Assembly: GCA_977020255.1 (NCBI GenBank)
Contig: CDROCS010004085.1
Location: 248,001 to 312,000, forward strand
Length of the DNA: 64,000 bases
Direction of reading: 5' to 3'
From: Obrimoposthia wandeli
Lineage: Eukaryota
Shown in pieces: positions 9,911-22,463 of the stretch (position 1 is its first letter; each line of letters begins with the position of its first letter). The position numbers and the translations under genes were made by a program. Under the pieces are notes generated by a model. The model saw only the letters and a list, made by a program, of their open reading frames with translations. It did no database searches and was not told where the DNA came from.

Positions 9911-11182
9911 TTGAGGATTTACCGTTTGAGTTCAAAACAGCGTACGCAAGTTGCAATTATTGGTGCTGGCCCTTCTGGTTCGGTTGCCGCGGCATTACTT
10001 CATCAAAAAGGGATTGAGGTGGTAGTGCTTGAGAAAAGTCTTTTCCCACGCTTTTCAATTGGTGAAAGTCTGTTACCTGCCTGTATGGAGGTGATAAAGA
10101 AAGCGAATATGCTATCAGCGGTTGAGCGTGCCCATTTTCAATTTAAAGATGGTGCGGCTTTTCGTCGGAATGGCAAATATACCTGTTTTAATTTTACAGA
10201 TAAGTTTACCGAAGGTGCAGGCACTACGTTTCAAGTACAGCGGGCAAATTTTGATAAAGTGCTTGCCGATGAAGCCGTTGAGCAAGGTATTGAAATTCGT
10301 TATCAACATACATTAATGGACATTGATATTACGGGTGAATGTTCAGTATTAACCGTCAATGATGAACACGATAAGAGTTATGAGTTAGACGCTGATTTTG
10401 TACTGGATGCAAGTGGTTTTGGGCGGGTACTTCCTCGTTTATTAGCATTAGAAGAACCGTCTAGTTTACCGACACGAAGAGCGGTGTTCACCCACATAGT
10501 CGACAATATCGATACATTAGTATCAGGAAATGCGGATTACGATCGCAATAAAATTTTAATCACAGTTCATCCAAAAAATCCGGATGTGTGGTATTGGCTA
10601 ATTCCATTTAGTAATGGAACGTGTTCGTTTGGCATCGTCGCAGAGCCTGCATTTTTTGCTGATTATTCAGAAGATAATATAGCGGCAATTAAACAACTCG
10701 CGAGCGAAGATCCCAGATTTCGTCAATTATTAGCCCAGGCAGAATTTCCCAACCCTGCGGGTGAAATTGGCGGTTATTCTGCGAATGTAAAAACCTTATG
10801 CAGCGATAAATTTGCGCTGTTAGGTAATGCGGGTGAATTTTTAGATCCTGTGTTTTCTTCTGGTGTCACCATTGCGATGAAATCATCTGAAATTGCGACA
10901 GATTTATTGGTTCGACACTTTAATGGCGACTCGATTGATTGGCAGAAAGAGTATGCCGATGCATTAATGATAGGGGTGAATACTTTTAGAGTTTATGTTG
11001 AAGGTTGGTATTCTGGTGAGCTGCAAGATGTGATTTTTCATGAAAACCCGGATCCTAAAATCAAGCAGATGATTTGTTCTATTTTGGCAGGGTACGCATG
11101 GGATACGACCAATCCATTTGTTGCTCAACCTGAACGTCGGTTACGTATCATTGCTGAAATTTGTCGAGATACGAAAAACTAA
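9911..11182 (+). CDS. FAD-dependent oxidoreductase, halogenase-like
   Basis: IGAGPSG FAD motif, PRFSIGESLLP, WYWLIP (WxWxIP), FLDPVFSSG. Confidence 0.85.
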   Translation: MRIYRLSSKQRTQVAIIGAGPSGSVAAALLHQKGIEVVVLEKSLFPRFSIGESLLPACMEVIKKANMLSAVERAHFQFKDGAAFRRNGKYTCFNFTDKFTEGAGTTFQVQRANFDKVLADEAVEQGIEIRYQHTLMDIDITGECSVLTVNDEHDKSYELDADFVLDASGFGRVLPRLLALEEPSSLPTRRAVFTHIVDNIDTLVSGNADYDRNKILITVHPKNPDVWYWLIPFSNGTCSFGIVAEPAFFADYSEDNIAAIKQLASEDPRFRQLLAQAEFPNPAGEIGGYSANVKTLCSDKFALLGNAGEFLDPVFSSGVTIAMKSSEIATDLLVRHFNGDSIDWQKEYADALMIGVNTFRVYVEGWYSGELQDVIFHENPDPKIKQMICSILAGYAWDTTNPFVAQPERRLRIIAEICRDTKN

Positions 11183-11387
11183 CGATTCAATAGATTAGAG
11201 ACGTACCATTTATCTCTATTAAGTAAGTGAGTTAACTCAAGTGATTATCTTCGCATTGAGTGATGGGTTCATTGCATCTTTGCGAACTAAATCGCCAGTT
11301 TTCATCTCGTTATCTAATTTTTTTCTGTCCAATCTTCGTTCATTTACTTGTTAAGAGTGGCATTACTCATTACGCAAAAGGCAATTC

Positions 11388-12044
11388 ATGCATATTACGA
11401 ATAAAACATTTACTGAACATGATTTTAGTGAGCAAGATCTTCAAGATGCTCATTTTGAAAATTGTCAGTTTTATCGTTGTAATTTTAATCGGACAAATTT
11501 ATCTGATGCATCGTTTATCGAATGCCAATTCATTGAACGTGGCGATGTAAATGGTTGTAAATTTGAATATGCAAAATTAAAAGACGCGAGTTTTAAGCAT
11601 TGTGATTTGAGCATGGCGCAATTTAGAGGCGCTCAGTGTTTTGGCATTGAATTGAGAGACAGCCAGTTAAAAGGGGCAGATTTTGTGTTGGCTAGTTTTG
11701 CGAATTACATAACCCACAATACCTTCTTTTGCTCTGCCTACATTTCCCGCTGTAATTTATCGTATGCTAATTTTGAAAATCAACGCTTAGAAAAATGTGA
11801 ATTATTTGAAAATAAATGGAATGGTGCCAATCTATTAGGTGCTACATTCAAGGGCTCTGATTTAAGCCGTGGTGAATTTTCGCAAGAAGCATGGGGGCAA
11901 TTCGATATGACGGAATGTAACTTGTGTCATGTTGATCTTACAGGGCTTGATATTCGTCGGGTAAGTCTTGCAAAGGTGACTATTTGCGATTGGCAGCAAG
12001 AGCAATTGCTTGAGCCTTTAGGGGTTATTGTAATACCGGGTTAA
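11388..12044 (+). CDS. qnr: Qnr-family pentapeptide repeat protein
   Basis: 218 aa of pentapeptide repeats with Qnr-like loop B (FANYITHNTFFCSAYI), LEKCELFENKW and C-terminal WQQEQLLEPLGVIVIPG. Confidence 0.88.
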   Translation: MHITNKTFTEHDFSEQDLQDAHFENCQFYRCNFNRTNLSDASFIECQFIERGDVNGCKFEYAKLKDASFKHCDLSMAQFRGAQCFGIELRDSQLKGADFVLASFANYITHNTFFCSAYISRCNLSYANFENQRLEKCELFENKWNGANLLGATFKGSDLSRGEFSQEAWGQFDMTECNLCHVDLTGLDIRRVSLAKVTICDWQQEQLLEPLGVIVIPG

Positions 12045-12168
12045 TCGTCGCTTGTTAGTAGGCGAAGCGATAAATATCGGGTATAAAATGTAGAATAAGA
12101 CGCGAGAATCATTCATTCAAAGAAATGTCCTTGGAAAGAATGCTCGCACCTTTACTGGCTCACGATAT

Positions 12169-12381
12169 TTATTTTTTCGTGCGCATGTACAGTTCTTCTA
12201 CTTTTGTTCTTGCCCATTCCGTTTTACGTAAAAACTTTAGGCTAGATTTGATGCTTGGATCTTGGTTAAAGCAACGAATGTTGATGCGATAGCCTAGTTC
12301 TTCCCAACCATAATGCTCGACAAGTTCAGTTAATAGCTTTTCGAGAGTGATGCCGTGAAGAGGGTTATTTGTTTGGGTCAT
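12169..12381 (-). CDS. VF530-family (DUF2132) small DNA-binding protein
   Basis: [31 protein letters not shown]; ATG at 12381 chosen. Confidence 0.85.
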   Translation of the reverse strand: MTQTNNPLHGITLEKLLTELVEHYGWEELGYRINIRCFNQDPSIKSSLKFLRKTEWARTKVEELYMRTKK

Positions 12382-12424
12382 GTTTATTGCCAATGAAAGA
12401 ATCTAACGCAAGTATATCAGTTTA

Positions 12425-12450
12425 TATACCCAAGTCACCTCAAGGTGCAG
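12425..12450 (+). repeat. ERIC-like intergenic repeat terminus, copy 1
   Basis: TATACCCAAGTCACCTCAAGGTGCAG; related ends at 41456-41482 (-) and 42733-42756 (+). Confidence 0.6.
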
Positions 12451-12509
12451 GAATGGCATTCCTATCCAATCGCCCTTTTATCCGCTTTTTTTTGTTATTT
12501 AGGTAAGTT

Positions 12510-13388
12510 ATGACACAACACAGACGCGCAGACTTATTGATAATTTGTGCAACATTACTGGCTTCGGCAGGTTGGGTTTTTTCTAAACAAACGATTCAAG
12601 GGCTTCCGCCTTTTGGGTTTATTGGTTTACGGTTTGTACTGGCTTCACTGCTTATACTTCCTTTTTGTTACCGTTTATTTAAGCAAGTGAGCTTGAAAGA
12701 TATCGCGCAATCGTTACTGGTCGGTATGTTGTTGGGGGCGGCATTACTGACCTGGATCTACGCTATTTCGGTTAGTGAGACCCTTGGTGAAGGGGCGTTT
12801 ATTATGAGCCTCTCTATGTTATTGGTTCCGTTAGTGGCATGGCCGTTATTTAAACAAAAGCCAAGTCGTCCTTTTTGGATTTCGTTACCCTTTGCCATTG
12901 TTGGTCTGGTTTTATTGTCGTTATCTGGCGGTGGTTGGCATCAATCGACTAACCAAGTGTGGTTTTTATTGGCCGCAGCATTATTGGCATTGCAGTTTAA
13001 TTTTAATAGTCGATATGCCCAGCGTATACCCACGTTATTACTGACGTGTGTCCAATTATTTGCGACGGGTGTAATGGGGCTGATTGCGTCATTGTTGTTT
13101 GAGCAATGGCCACAAACGGTTGATGTAGAAATTTGGGGTTGGTTTGCCTCTAGTGTATTGATTGCAACAAGCATTCGTTATGTATTGCAAACGGCAGGGC
13201 AAAAACAGACGAGTGTGGCTAATGCCGCCATTATTATGGTTTTAGAACCTGTCTGGACGGTGATTTTGAGTATTCTTTGGTATGGCGAGAAGATGCCAGT
13301 AGAAAAGATAATAGGGTGCTCATTAATTCTGTTTGCATTACTGCTGTATCGAGGCTGGTATACCATTACAGGTAAGCTATTTAAATAA
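12510..13388 (+). CDS. DMT/EamA family transporter
   Basis: About 10 TM segments in two EamA repeats; LEPVW motif. Confidence 0.9.
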   Translation: MTQHRRADLLIICATLLASAGWVFSKQTIQGLPPFGFIGLRFVLASLLILPFCYRLFKQVSLKDIAQSLLVGMLLGAALLTWIYAISVSETLGEGAFIMSLSMLLVPLVAWPLFKQKPSRPFWISLPFAIVGLVLLSLSGGGWHQSTNQVWFLLAAALLALQFNFNSRYAQRIPTLLLTCVQLFATGVMGLIASLLFEQWPQTVDVEIWGWFASSVLIATSIRYVLQTAGQKQTSVANAAIIMVLEPVWTVILSILWYGEKMPVEKIIGCSLILFALLLYRGWYTITGKLFK

Positions 13389-13439
13389 TCGGCTTTAAAA
13401 CTCAGTCAGCAAGCCTAAGTGACCCATTATTTACTAATA

Positions 13440-13487
13440 AAAAACAGCCCCCTATTTTCACTAAAATGGAAATAGGGGGCTGTTTTT
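13440..13487. terminator. Bidirectional intrinsic terminator
   Basis: AAAAACAGCCCCCTATTT / AAATAGGGGGCTGTTTTT, an 18-bp perfect stem between convergent genes. Confidence 0.9.
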
Positions 13488-13503
13488 GTTCGTGCTAGTG
13501 ATT

Positions 13504-14328
13504 TTAACACACCAAATATTGTTGTTTTACTAGCTCTTTTTTAGTTGATATCTGCTGGTTTCTCTTACTTAATACAGCACATTTAGGGCAACCATTCCCT
13601 GCGAGATGATTCGATGGTAGTTGCATGAAATCACCATGTAGCGAGCAAATAATCGTGCCCTTTGTTCGTACATTCACATAGCCAAATAAGCTGTAATCAT
13701 AGCGTTCACCGTGAATGAACTTTGCTTGTAGCATGAATTGTTCGTTGGTTTTATTTTTGCTCTTTTTCGCGCAAAGCGGACAACCGACACCGCGTATATG
13801 GGCATCGGGTCGTTGTTCAAAATCCCCGTGTTCAGGGCAGGTAATAATGGCTTTAGAGAGTGCACCTGTATAAATGAATTTCGAATAATCGTATTTACCC
13901 GCATGTACCTTTATCGCTTCATTTACGATCACTTCGCGGCTTTTTGGGTATGATTTCGAGCATTTTGGACACCCTTTACCTGAGAGGTGGGCATTGGGGC
14001 GCTGTTCAAAATTACCATGCACGGGGCATGAAATCACACCTTTAGTCAGTGCGCCTAGGTATTCAAACTGGCTATAGTTATATTTTTTACCATGCAGCTT
14101 TTGGGCTGATAAAACAAATTGCTCTTTTGTTTTCTTTTCTTTGCCAGCACACTTTGGGCACCCTCTGCCAGCAAGGTGTGCATCAGGGCGTTGTTCAAAA
14201 TCGCCATGAAGTGTACAGGTTACGAGACTTTTTGTTTTAGCATTCAGATAAATGAAGTTTTCATAACGGTATAGTTGGCTATGAACATGATGTGCTTCTT
14301 TAATAAATATTTCGGTTGTCTTTTTCAT
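13504..14328 (-). CDS. Four-repeat putative zinc-binding DNA-binding protein (DUF723/CapR-like), no nuclease domain
   Basis: Four ~63-aa repeats, approximately F..A..VHG.KY.YS.F.Y.GA..K..I.CP.HG.FEQRP.AHL.G.GCPKC, fill the whole ORF. Confidence 0.75.
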   Translation of the reverse strand: MKKTTEIFIKEAHHVHSQLYRYENFIYLNAKTKSLVTCTLHGDFEQRPDAHLAGRGCPKCAGKEKKTKEQFVLSAQKLHGKKYNYSQFEYLGALTKGVISCPVHGNFEQRPNAHLSGKGCPKCSKSYPKSREVIVNEAIKVHAGKYDYSKFIYTGALSKAIITCPEHGDFEQRPDAHIRGVGCPLCAKKSKNKTNEQFMLQAKFIHGERYDYSLFGYVNVRTKGTIICSLHGDFMQLPSNHLAGNGCPKCAVLSKRNQQISTKKELVKQQYLVC

Positions 14329-14871
14329 TTAATTGAACTGCCATTGATTACTACTTAAACGAATACTGTTTCATTGCATGGTTGGCACACGATTGAAATA
14401 GCGATTTTTTACTCGTAAAGGTATGTGTAAATATGTTTAATAATAAGTATTCTTATGAACAAGAAGGTGTTCGTAATAACCGTATGCTCTTGTTTTATAT
14501 ATTTCTCTTTTATTGAAAAACAAGCAACACTCAAAAATGAAAATCATTGTTGCATTTTTTATGATGGCGGTCACAGTTTGTATGATGTAAATTTCAACCA
14601 TCAAGTTTCTAATGAAGAACACGTCAATATTAATGATTCCAAAAACTTTTTATAAGTACAGGTGATCCACATTGCAGTTTTTGTAATTAAATAAAACCTT
14701 GGACGTTTATTTTAAGGGTTTTTCCTTTTGATATGAATGTGCTCTTAGTATTTTAAGTAATTACATATATTGTAATAGTGATAAAGGATGGACGTTGTTT
14801 TCTTGATTAATAAAGTATTGCCGTAAGGAGTAGGTGGATATAAATACTGTTTAATGTAAGAGGAATAATCT

Positions 14872-16039
<1,168 letters not shown>

Positions 16040-16126
16040 TTATTTAGCGTCTTAGCTATTAACAATCTCTAGCCACTATTTATCTTATTTATCGTTAATT
16101 TAATTTATAAAAATTTGGAGTCATTC

Positions 16127-16363
16127 ATGGATATCGTAAGTGCAGTTCTTTACGTTGCTGGCGCACTATTAATTGGTTTAGGTGCGGCAGGTGCTGCAAG
16201 TGGTATTGGTAACTTGGCGGGTAAATACCTTGAAGGTGTGGCGCGTCAACCTGATCTTACTCCAATGCTTCGAACACAGTTCTTCATCATGATGGGTCTT
16301 GTCGATGCGGTTCCAATGATCGGTGTTGGTATTGGTCTATATATCATTTTCGCTGTTGCTTAA
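16127..16363 (+). CDS. atpE: ATP synthase F0 subunit c
   Basis: ARQPDL loop and GLVDAVP with the carboxylate Asp; GGAG at 16117-16120 favours ATG 16127 (78 aa). Confidence 0.95.
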   Translation: MDIVSAVLYVAGALLIGLGAAGAASGIGNLAGKYLEGVARQPDLTPMLRTQFFIMMGLVDAVPMIGVGIGLYIIFAVA

Positions 16364-16447
16364 TAAATGACTATTGCGGTGATACAGCGCGAAGTACTTG
16401 ATGTTTAGCGCTGTTGTTACCAAGCATTAATTAAAGAGTGAGGATGT

Positions 16448-16918
16448 ATGAATTTAAATGCAACCATGCTTGGCCAAGCAATATCCTTCGTGATTTTTGT
16501 ATGGTTATGTATGAAATACGTATGGCCACCATTGACCGCATTGATAGATGAACGTCAGCGTGAAATAGCCGAAGGGCTTAGCCAAATGGATCTAGCGGCT
16601 AAAGAACTTGAATTAGCAAAGGCCAACGGTGATCAACTGATGGTTGAAGCGAAACAAAGTGCTAGTGATTTGGTTGAACAAGGCAATAAACGCCGTAATC
16701 AAATTATTGAAGATGCCAAGCTAGAAGGTGATACCGAGAAATCGCGCATTATTGCTCAAGGTCAATCAGAGCTTGAAAGTGAGCGCAATCGCCTAAGGCA
16801 AGAACTTCGTCAAGAAATGTCAGATTTGGTTATCGAAAGCGCGGAAAAATTGATTAAACGCAACCTTGATAATGCTGCAAACCGTGAATTTGTTAATAAG
16901 CTAATTACGGAAATGTAA
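16448..16918 (+). CDS. atpF: ATP synthase F0 subunit b
   Basis: MNLNATMLGQAISFVIFVWLCMKYVWPPL followed by coiled coil; 156 aa. Confidence 0.95.
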   Translation: MNLNATMLGQAISFVIFVWLCMKYVWPPLTALIDERQREIAEGLSQMDLAAKELELAKANGDQLMVEAKQSASDLVEQGNKRRNQIIEDAKLEGDTEKSRIIAQGQSELESERNRLRQELRQEMSDLVIESAEKLIKRNLDNAANREFVNKLITEM

Positions 16919-16932
16919 TCGGGGAGATCACC

Positions 16933-17481
16933 ATGTCAGATCTAAAAACGATAGCTCAACCTTATGCCAAAGCCGCGTTTGATTTTGCTTTAGCCAATAA
17001 GTCGCTCGACCAGTGGGCATACATGTTAATGGCCGCAGCAGATGTTGCTCACCAGCCCGTGATTCTTCAGGAAATCAAAGAGATTGATTTCAAAGGCGCG
17101 AAAAACGCCGAGGCTTTTACTCAGATGTTTTTAGATATCTGTGAAGGCTTACTTGATGAACATGGTCAGAATTTTGTTCGAGTGATGGCTGAAAATAGCC
17201 GATTAAGTGTTCTTCCTGACGTTCTAAATCTTTTCATGGAAATGAAAGCGGACTTTGAACGCACTATAGAAGCGACAGTGTTATCTGTTGAACCATTAAC
17301 GGAAGAACAAAAAGTTAATTTGGTTAAAGCATTAGAAAAGCGTCTTTCTCGCAGTGTTGAGTTGGATTGTCAGATAGATGAATCGCTTGTTGGCGGCATG
17401 CTTATCAAAGCTGGAGAACTGGTTATTGATGGCACTCTCAAGAGCTCGATAAACCGACTAGCAAGTAGTCTACAAGCGTAA
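16933..17481 (+). CDS. atpH: ATP synthase F1 delta subunit
   Basis: TIAQPYAKAAF..LVGGMLIKAGELVIDGT. Confidence 0.95.
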   Translation: MSDLKTIAQPYAKAAFDFALANKSLDQWAYMLMAAADVAHQPVILQEIKEIDFKGAKNAEAFTQMFLDICEGLLDEHGQNFVRVMAENSRLSVLPDVLNLFMEMKADFERTIEATVLSVEPLTEEQKVNLVKALEKRLSRSVELDCQIDESLVGGMLIKAGELVIDGTLKSSINRLASSLQA

Positions 17482-17493
17482 CGGGTAATAGAT

Positions 17494-19035
17494 ATGCAAT
17501 TAAATTCAAATGAAATCAGCGATCTAATTAAACAACGTATCGCAACCTTTAATGTGACGAGCCAAGCTCGCAACGAAGGCACAATCGTCTCGGTAAGTGA
17601 CGGTATTATTAGTATTGATGGCCTTGCTGATGTAATGCAGGGCGAGATGATTGAACTACCAGGTAATCGCTACGCATTGGCGCTTAACCTAGAGCGTCAT
17701 TCCGTAGGTGCTGTGGTAATGGGTCCGTATTCGGATCTTGCCGAAGGTCTTAAAGTAAAAGGGACTGGACGTATTCTTGAAGTACCAGTAGGTCGTGGCT
17801 TGCTAGGCCGTGTTCTGAATACGCTCGGCCAACCGATTGACGGTAAAGGTGCAATTGAAAATGATGGTTATTCACCCGTCGAAATTATTGCCCCTGGTGT
17901 TATTGAACGTCAATCAGTCGATCAGCCTATCCAAACGGGTTATAAAGCGGTTGATTCCATGGTGCCAATTGGTCGTGGACAACGTGAACTGATTATCGGT
18001 GACCGTCAAACGGGTAAAACGGCGATGGCGATCGACGCCATTATTAACCAGAAAGATTCTGGTATTAAATGTGTTTACGTGGCGATTGGTCAGAAAGCAT
18101 CAACCATTGCTAACGTAGTACGTAAGCTGGAAGAGCACGACGCGTTAAAAAATACGATTGTGGTTGTTGCAACAGCATCTGATGCGGCTGCACTGCAATA
18201 TTTAGCGCCTTATTCTGGTTGCACCATGGGTGAATATTTCCGTGACCGTGGTGAAGATGCACTGATTGTTTATGATGATCTGTCTAAACAAGCGGTTGCT
18301 TACCGTCAAATCTCACTACTGCTTAAGCGCCCACCGGGTCGTGAAGCTTTCCCTGGCGATGTGTTCTACCTCCACTCTCGTCTGTTAGAGCGCGCATCTC
18401 GTGTCAACGTTACATATGTTGAACGCTTTACTAAAGGTAAAGTAAAAGGCAAAACGGGGTCGTTAACAGCACTACCAATTATCGAAACCCAAGCGGGTGA
18501 TGTATCAGCTTTCGTACCGACGAATGTGATCTCGATTACTGATGGACAGATCTTCCTACAAACGCATTTATTTAACTCGGGTTTACGCCCAGCGGTTGAC
18601 CCTGGTATTTCGGTATCTCGTGTTGGCGGTGCGGCGCAAACGAAAATTGTGAAGAAACTGTCGGGTGGTATTCGTACTGCACTTGCTCAGTATCGTGAAC
18701 TTGCGGCTTTTGCTCAGTTCTCATCAGATCTTGATGAAGCAACACGTAAGCAACTTGATCACGGTGAAAAAGTGACAGAGTTGATGAAGCAAAAGCAGTA
18801 CGCACCAATGTCTGTTGCAGAGCAAGCGCTCGCTATTTTCTCTGCTGAAAAAGGCTATTTAGGTGATGTGCCACTAGCCAATATTGGGGATTTTGAATCT
18901 GCATTAATGGCGTATGCGAAAAGCGAACACTCGGCGTTGCTAGATACCATCAATCAGACGGGTCAATACAACGACGATATTGAACAAAGCCTGCACAAGC
19001 TACTGAAAACATTCACGGCGACACAGTCGTGGTAA
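17494..19035 (+). CDS. atpA: ATP synthase F1 alpha subunit
   Basis: GDRQTGKT P-loop, [23 protein letters not shown]-type motif; 513 aa. Confidence 0.98.
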   Translation: MQLNSNEISDLIKQRIATFNVTSQARNEGTIVSVSDGIISIDGLADVMQGEMIELPGNRYALALNLERHSVGAVVMGPYSDLAEGLKVKGTGRILEVPVGRGLLGRVLNTLGQPIDGKGAIENDGYSPVEIIAPGVIERQSVDQPIQTGYKAVDSMVPIGRGQRELIIGDRQTGKTAMAIDAIINQKDSGIKCVYVAIGQKASTIANVVRKLEEHDALKNTIVVVATASDAAALQYLAPYSGCTMGEYFRDRGEDALIVYDDLSKQAVAYRQISLLLKRPPGREAFPGDVFYLHSRLLERASRVNVTYVERFTKGKVKGKTGSLTALPIIETQAGDVSAFVPTNVISITDGQIFLQTHLFNSGLRPAVDPGISVSRVGGAAQTKIVKKLSGGIRTALAQYRELAAFAQFSSDLDEATRKQLDHGEKVTELMKQKQYAPMSVAEQALAIFSAEKGYLGDVPLANIGDFESALMAYAKSEHSALLDTINQTGQYNDDIEQSLHKLLKTFTATQSW

Positions 19036-19109
19036 ATCGAAACAGGGTAAATACAGCGTGGTAAAACTCGCTGACTTCAACCCATCGTGAATGTTGATAG
19101 GAGCTTAAA

Positions 19110-19985
19110 ATGGCAAACGCAAAAGAAATTCGCACCAAGATAGCGAGCGTACAAAATACGCAAAAGATCACCAGTGCAATGGAAATGGTTGCCGCAAGTA
19201 AGATGCGGAAGGTGCAAGACAACATGGCGGCAACCCGTCCTTACGCTGAAAACATGCGTAAGGTAATCAGCCATGTTGCATCTGGCTCATTAGAATATAA
19301 GCACCCCTATCTTGAAGAGCGTGAAGCAAAACGTGTGGCGTACATCATCATATCTTCAGATAGAGGCTTATGTGGTGGCTTAAATAGCAACTTGTTTAAG
19401 CGAGCCTTAACAGATATGCGCCAATGGCAAGAGAAAAACGTTGAAGTCGATTTGACGTTAATCGGTTCAAAAGCTATTTCGTTTTTCCACCGTTTTGGCA
19501 ATGTTATTGCGCAAACATCGGGTTTGGGTGATAAGCCTAAATTGGAAGATCTACTCGGTGCTGTTAAAGCCATGCTTGAGCACTTTGATGACGGTAAAAT
19601 TGATCGCTTGTATTTGGTATACAACGAGTTCGTTAATACGATGGTACAGAATCCACGCATAACGCAATTATTGCCTCATCCAGATAAAGATGAGTCGCAA
19701 GACAGTAAACCCAATAACGGAACTAGCCGTTGGGATTACATCTACGAGCCTGAACCAAAAGACATACTCAACGCCTTAATGCTGCGTTACATCGAATCTC
19801 AGGTGTATCAAGGCACCGTTGAAAGTATCGCTTGTGAGCAAGCCGCAAGAATGGTCGCGATGAAATCGGCGACAGATAATGCAGGCGACATTATTAACGA
19901 TTTGCAGCTGGTTTATAACAAAGCCCGCCAAAGTGCTATAACCCAAGAGCTAAGTGAAATCGTAGCCGGTGCACAAGCCGTTTAA
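19110..19985 (+). CDS. atpG: ATP synthase F1 gamma subunit
   Basis: [34 protein letters not shown]. Confidence 0.97.
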   Translation: MANAKEIRTKIASVQNTQKITSAMEMVAASKMRKVQDNMAATRPYAENMRKVISHVASGSLEYKHPYLEEREAKRVAYIIISSDRGLCGGLNSNLFKRALTDMRQWQEKNVEVDLTLIGSKAISFFHRFGNVIAQTSGLGDKPKLEDLLGAVKAMLEHFDDGKIDRLYLVYNEFVNTMVQNPRITQLLPHPDKDESQDSKPNNGTSRWDYIYEPEPKDILNALMLRYIESQVYQGTVESIACEQAARMVAMKSATDNAGDIINDLQLVYNKARQSAITQELSEIVAGAQAV

Positions 19986-21392
<1,407 letters not shown>

Positions 21393-21407
21393 GTTTGAGG
21401 AGGATTT

Positions 21408-21851
21408 ATGGCTATCGGCGTTACTCAGAATACATTCCAACTCAACATTGTGAGTGCAGAAGGTCCGTTATTTAGTGGAAAAGCACATGCTTTGGCTATT
21501 TCGGGTCTTGATGGTGAACTTGGTATTCGCCCTGGTCACTCTCCTTTGCTGAGTCGTATTAAACCTGGCGTTGCTTGTTTTCAAACTGATTTGAAAGGGG
21601 ATGACGAAGTTCTCTACATTTCAGGCGGTATTCTTGAGGTTCAACCTTCATTAGTAACGGTACTGGCTGATACAGCCATGCACGGTAAAGATATTGATGA
21701 AGCTCGTGCGAATGAAGCACGACGTGCAGCAGAAGAGAATATTAATAAGCAGGGTCACGATATCAACTTTGCGCAAGCGCAGATGGATTTGGCGAAAGCA
21801 ATGGCGCAATTACGTGCCGTTGAATTAACCCAAAAACAGAGGCGTCGCTAA
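21408..21851 (+). CDS. atpC: ATP synthase F1 epsilon subunit
   Basis: GELGIRPGHSPLL, ISGGILEVQP, C-terminal helices. Confidence 0.95.
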   Translation: MAIGVTQNTFQLNIVSAEGPLFSGKAHALAISGLDGELGIRPGHSPLLSRIKPGVACFQTDLKGDDEVLYISGGILEVQPSLVTVLADTAMHGKDIDEARANEARRAAEENINKQGHDINFAQAQMDLAKAMAQLRAVELTQKQRRR

Positions 21852-21877
21852 ACAACTCCAGTACCATCACTATCGAT

Positions 21878-21917
21878 CGAATGCTCTGATATGTACTGAT
21901 ATCAGAGCATTTTTTTG
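21878..21917 (+). terminator. Intrinsic terminator of the atp operon; palindromic repeat copy 1
   Basis: 13-bp stem AATGCTCTGATAT/ATATCAGAGCATT, 6-nt loop, T-tract; identical stem at 40121-40152. Confidence 0.85.
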
Positions 21918-22463
21918 TCTGTAATTTGATGTATTGTTTTTGTTTCAAAGTAGAGTCGCTAATTATCACGTTTTCAATCAGTAGGATAGGTAGTGTCTCG
22001 ATAATACTATACGTCCTTGAATCTGTGATATACCTTCGCTAAGTTCAATTGACTGGCTATCATTAAGGCTATCACAGGGTAGATCTGTCTTATCTGACTA
22101 TTTCCTATTTATTTCATTATAATTAGTCCTTTTTCGGAAGGTTCATTTAATAAGGTAACGGTAATTAGCAAGTTGTCACGTCAATATGATCTCGAGTTCA
22201 TACCCTTGTGAAGTGTAGAACCCTTTATATGACCTTTAAATGTTACAAACAGAAAATTTTGCGCAATGGTTCAATATTACGTTCAGAATAAGTAGCGTTA
22301 CGCCCCCCTTCCTTCTGCATAGCAATAAAATAAATTTTCCGTACTAAAACTTAGGCGTAAAGTAGGAGCCACTTTTCAATAACGTATTAGTTGATAGTGA
22401 TCAACACAATATGATTCAAGTAGGTAATAGTATTGAGAGAAATATTAATAATTGGTTGTCCTC

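Noticed and set aside
14437-14655. Two small opposing ORFs upstream of atpI
   Set aside because: AT-rich promoter region, no motifs; cannot choose between strands
19020-19070. Direct repeat CGTGGTAAA around the atpA stop
   Set aside because: Only 9 bp, no functional model
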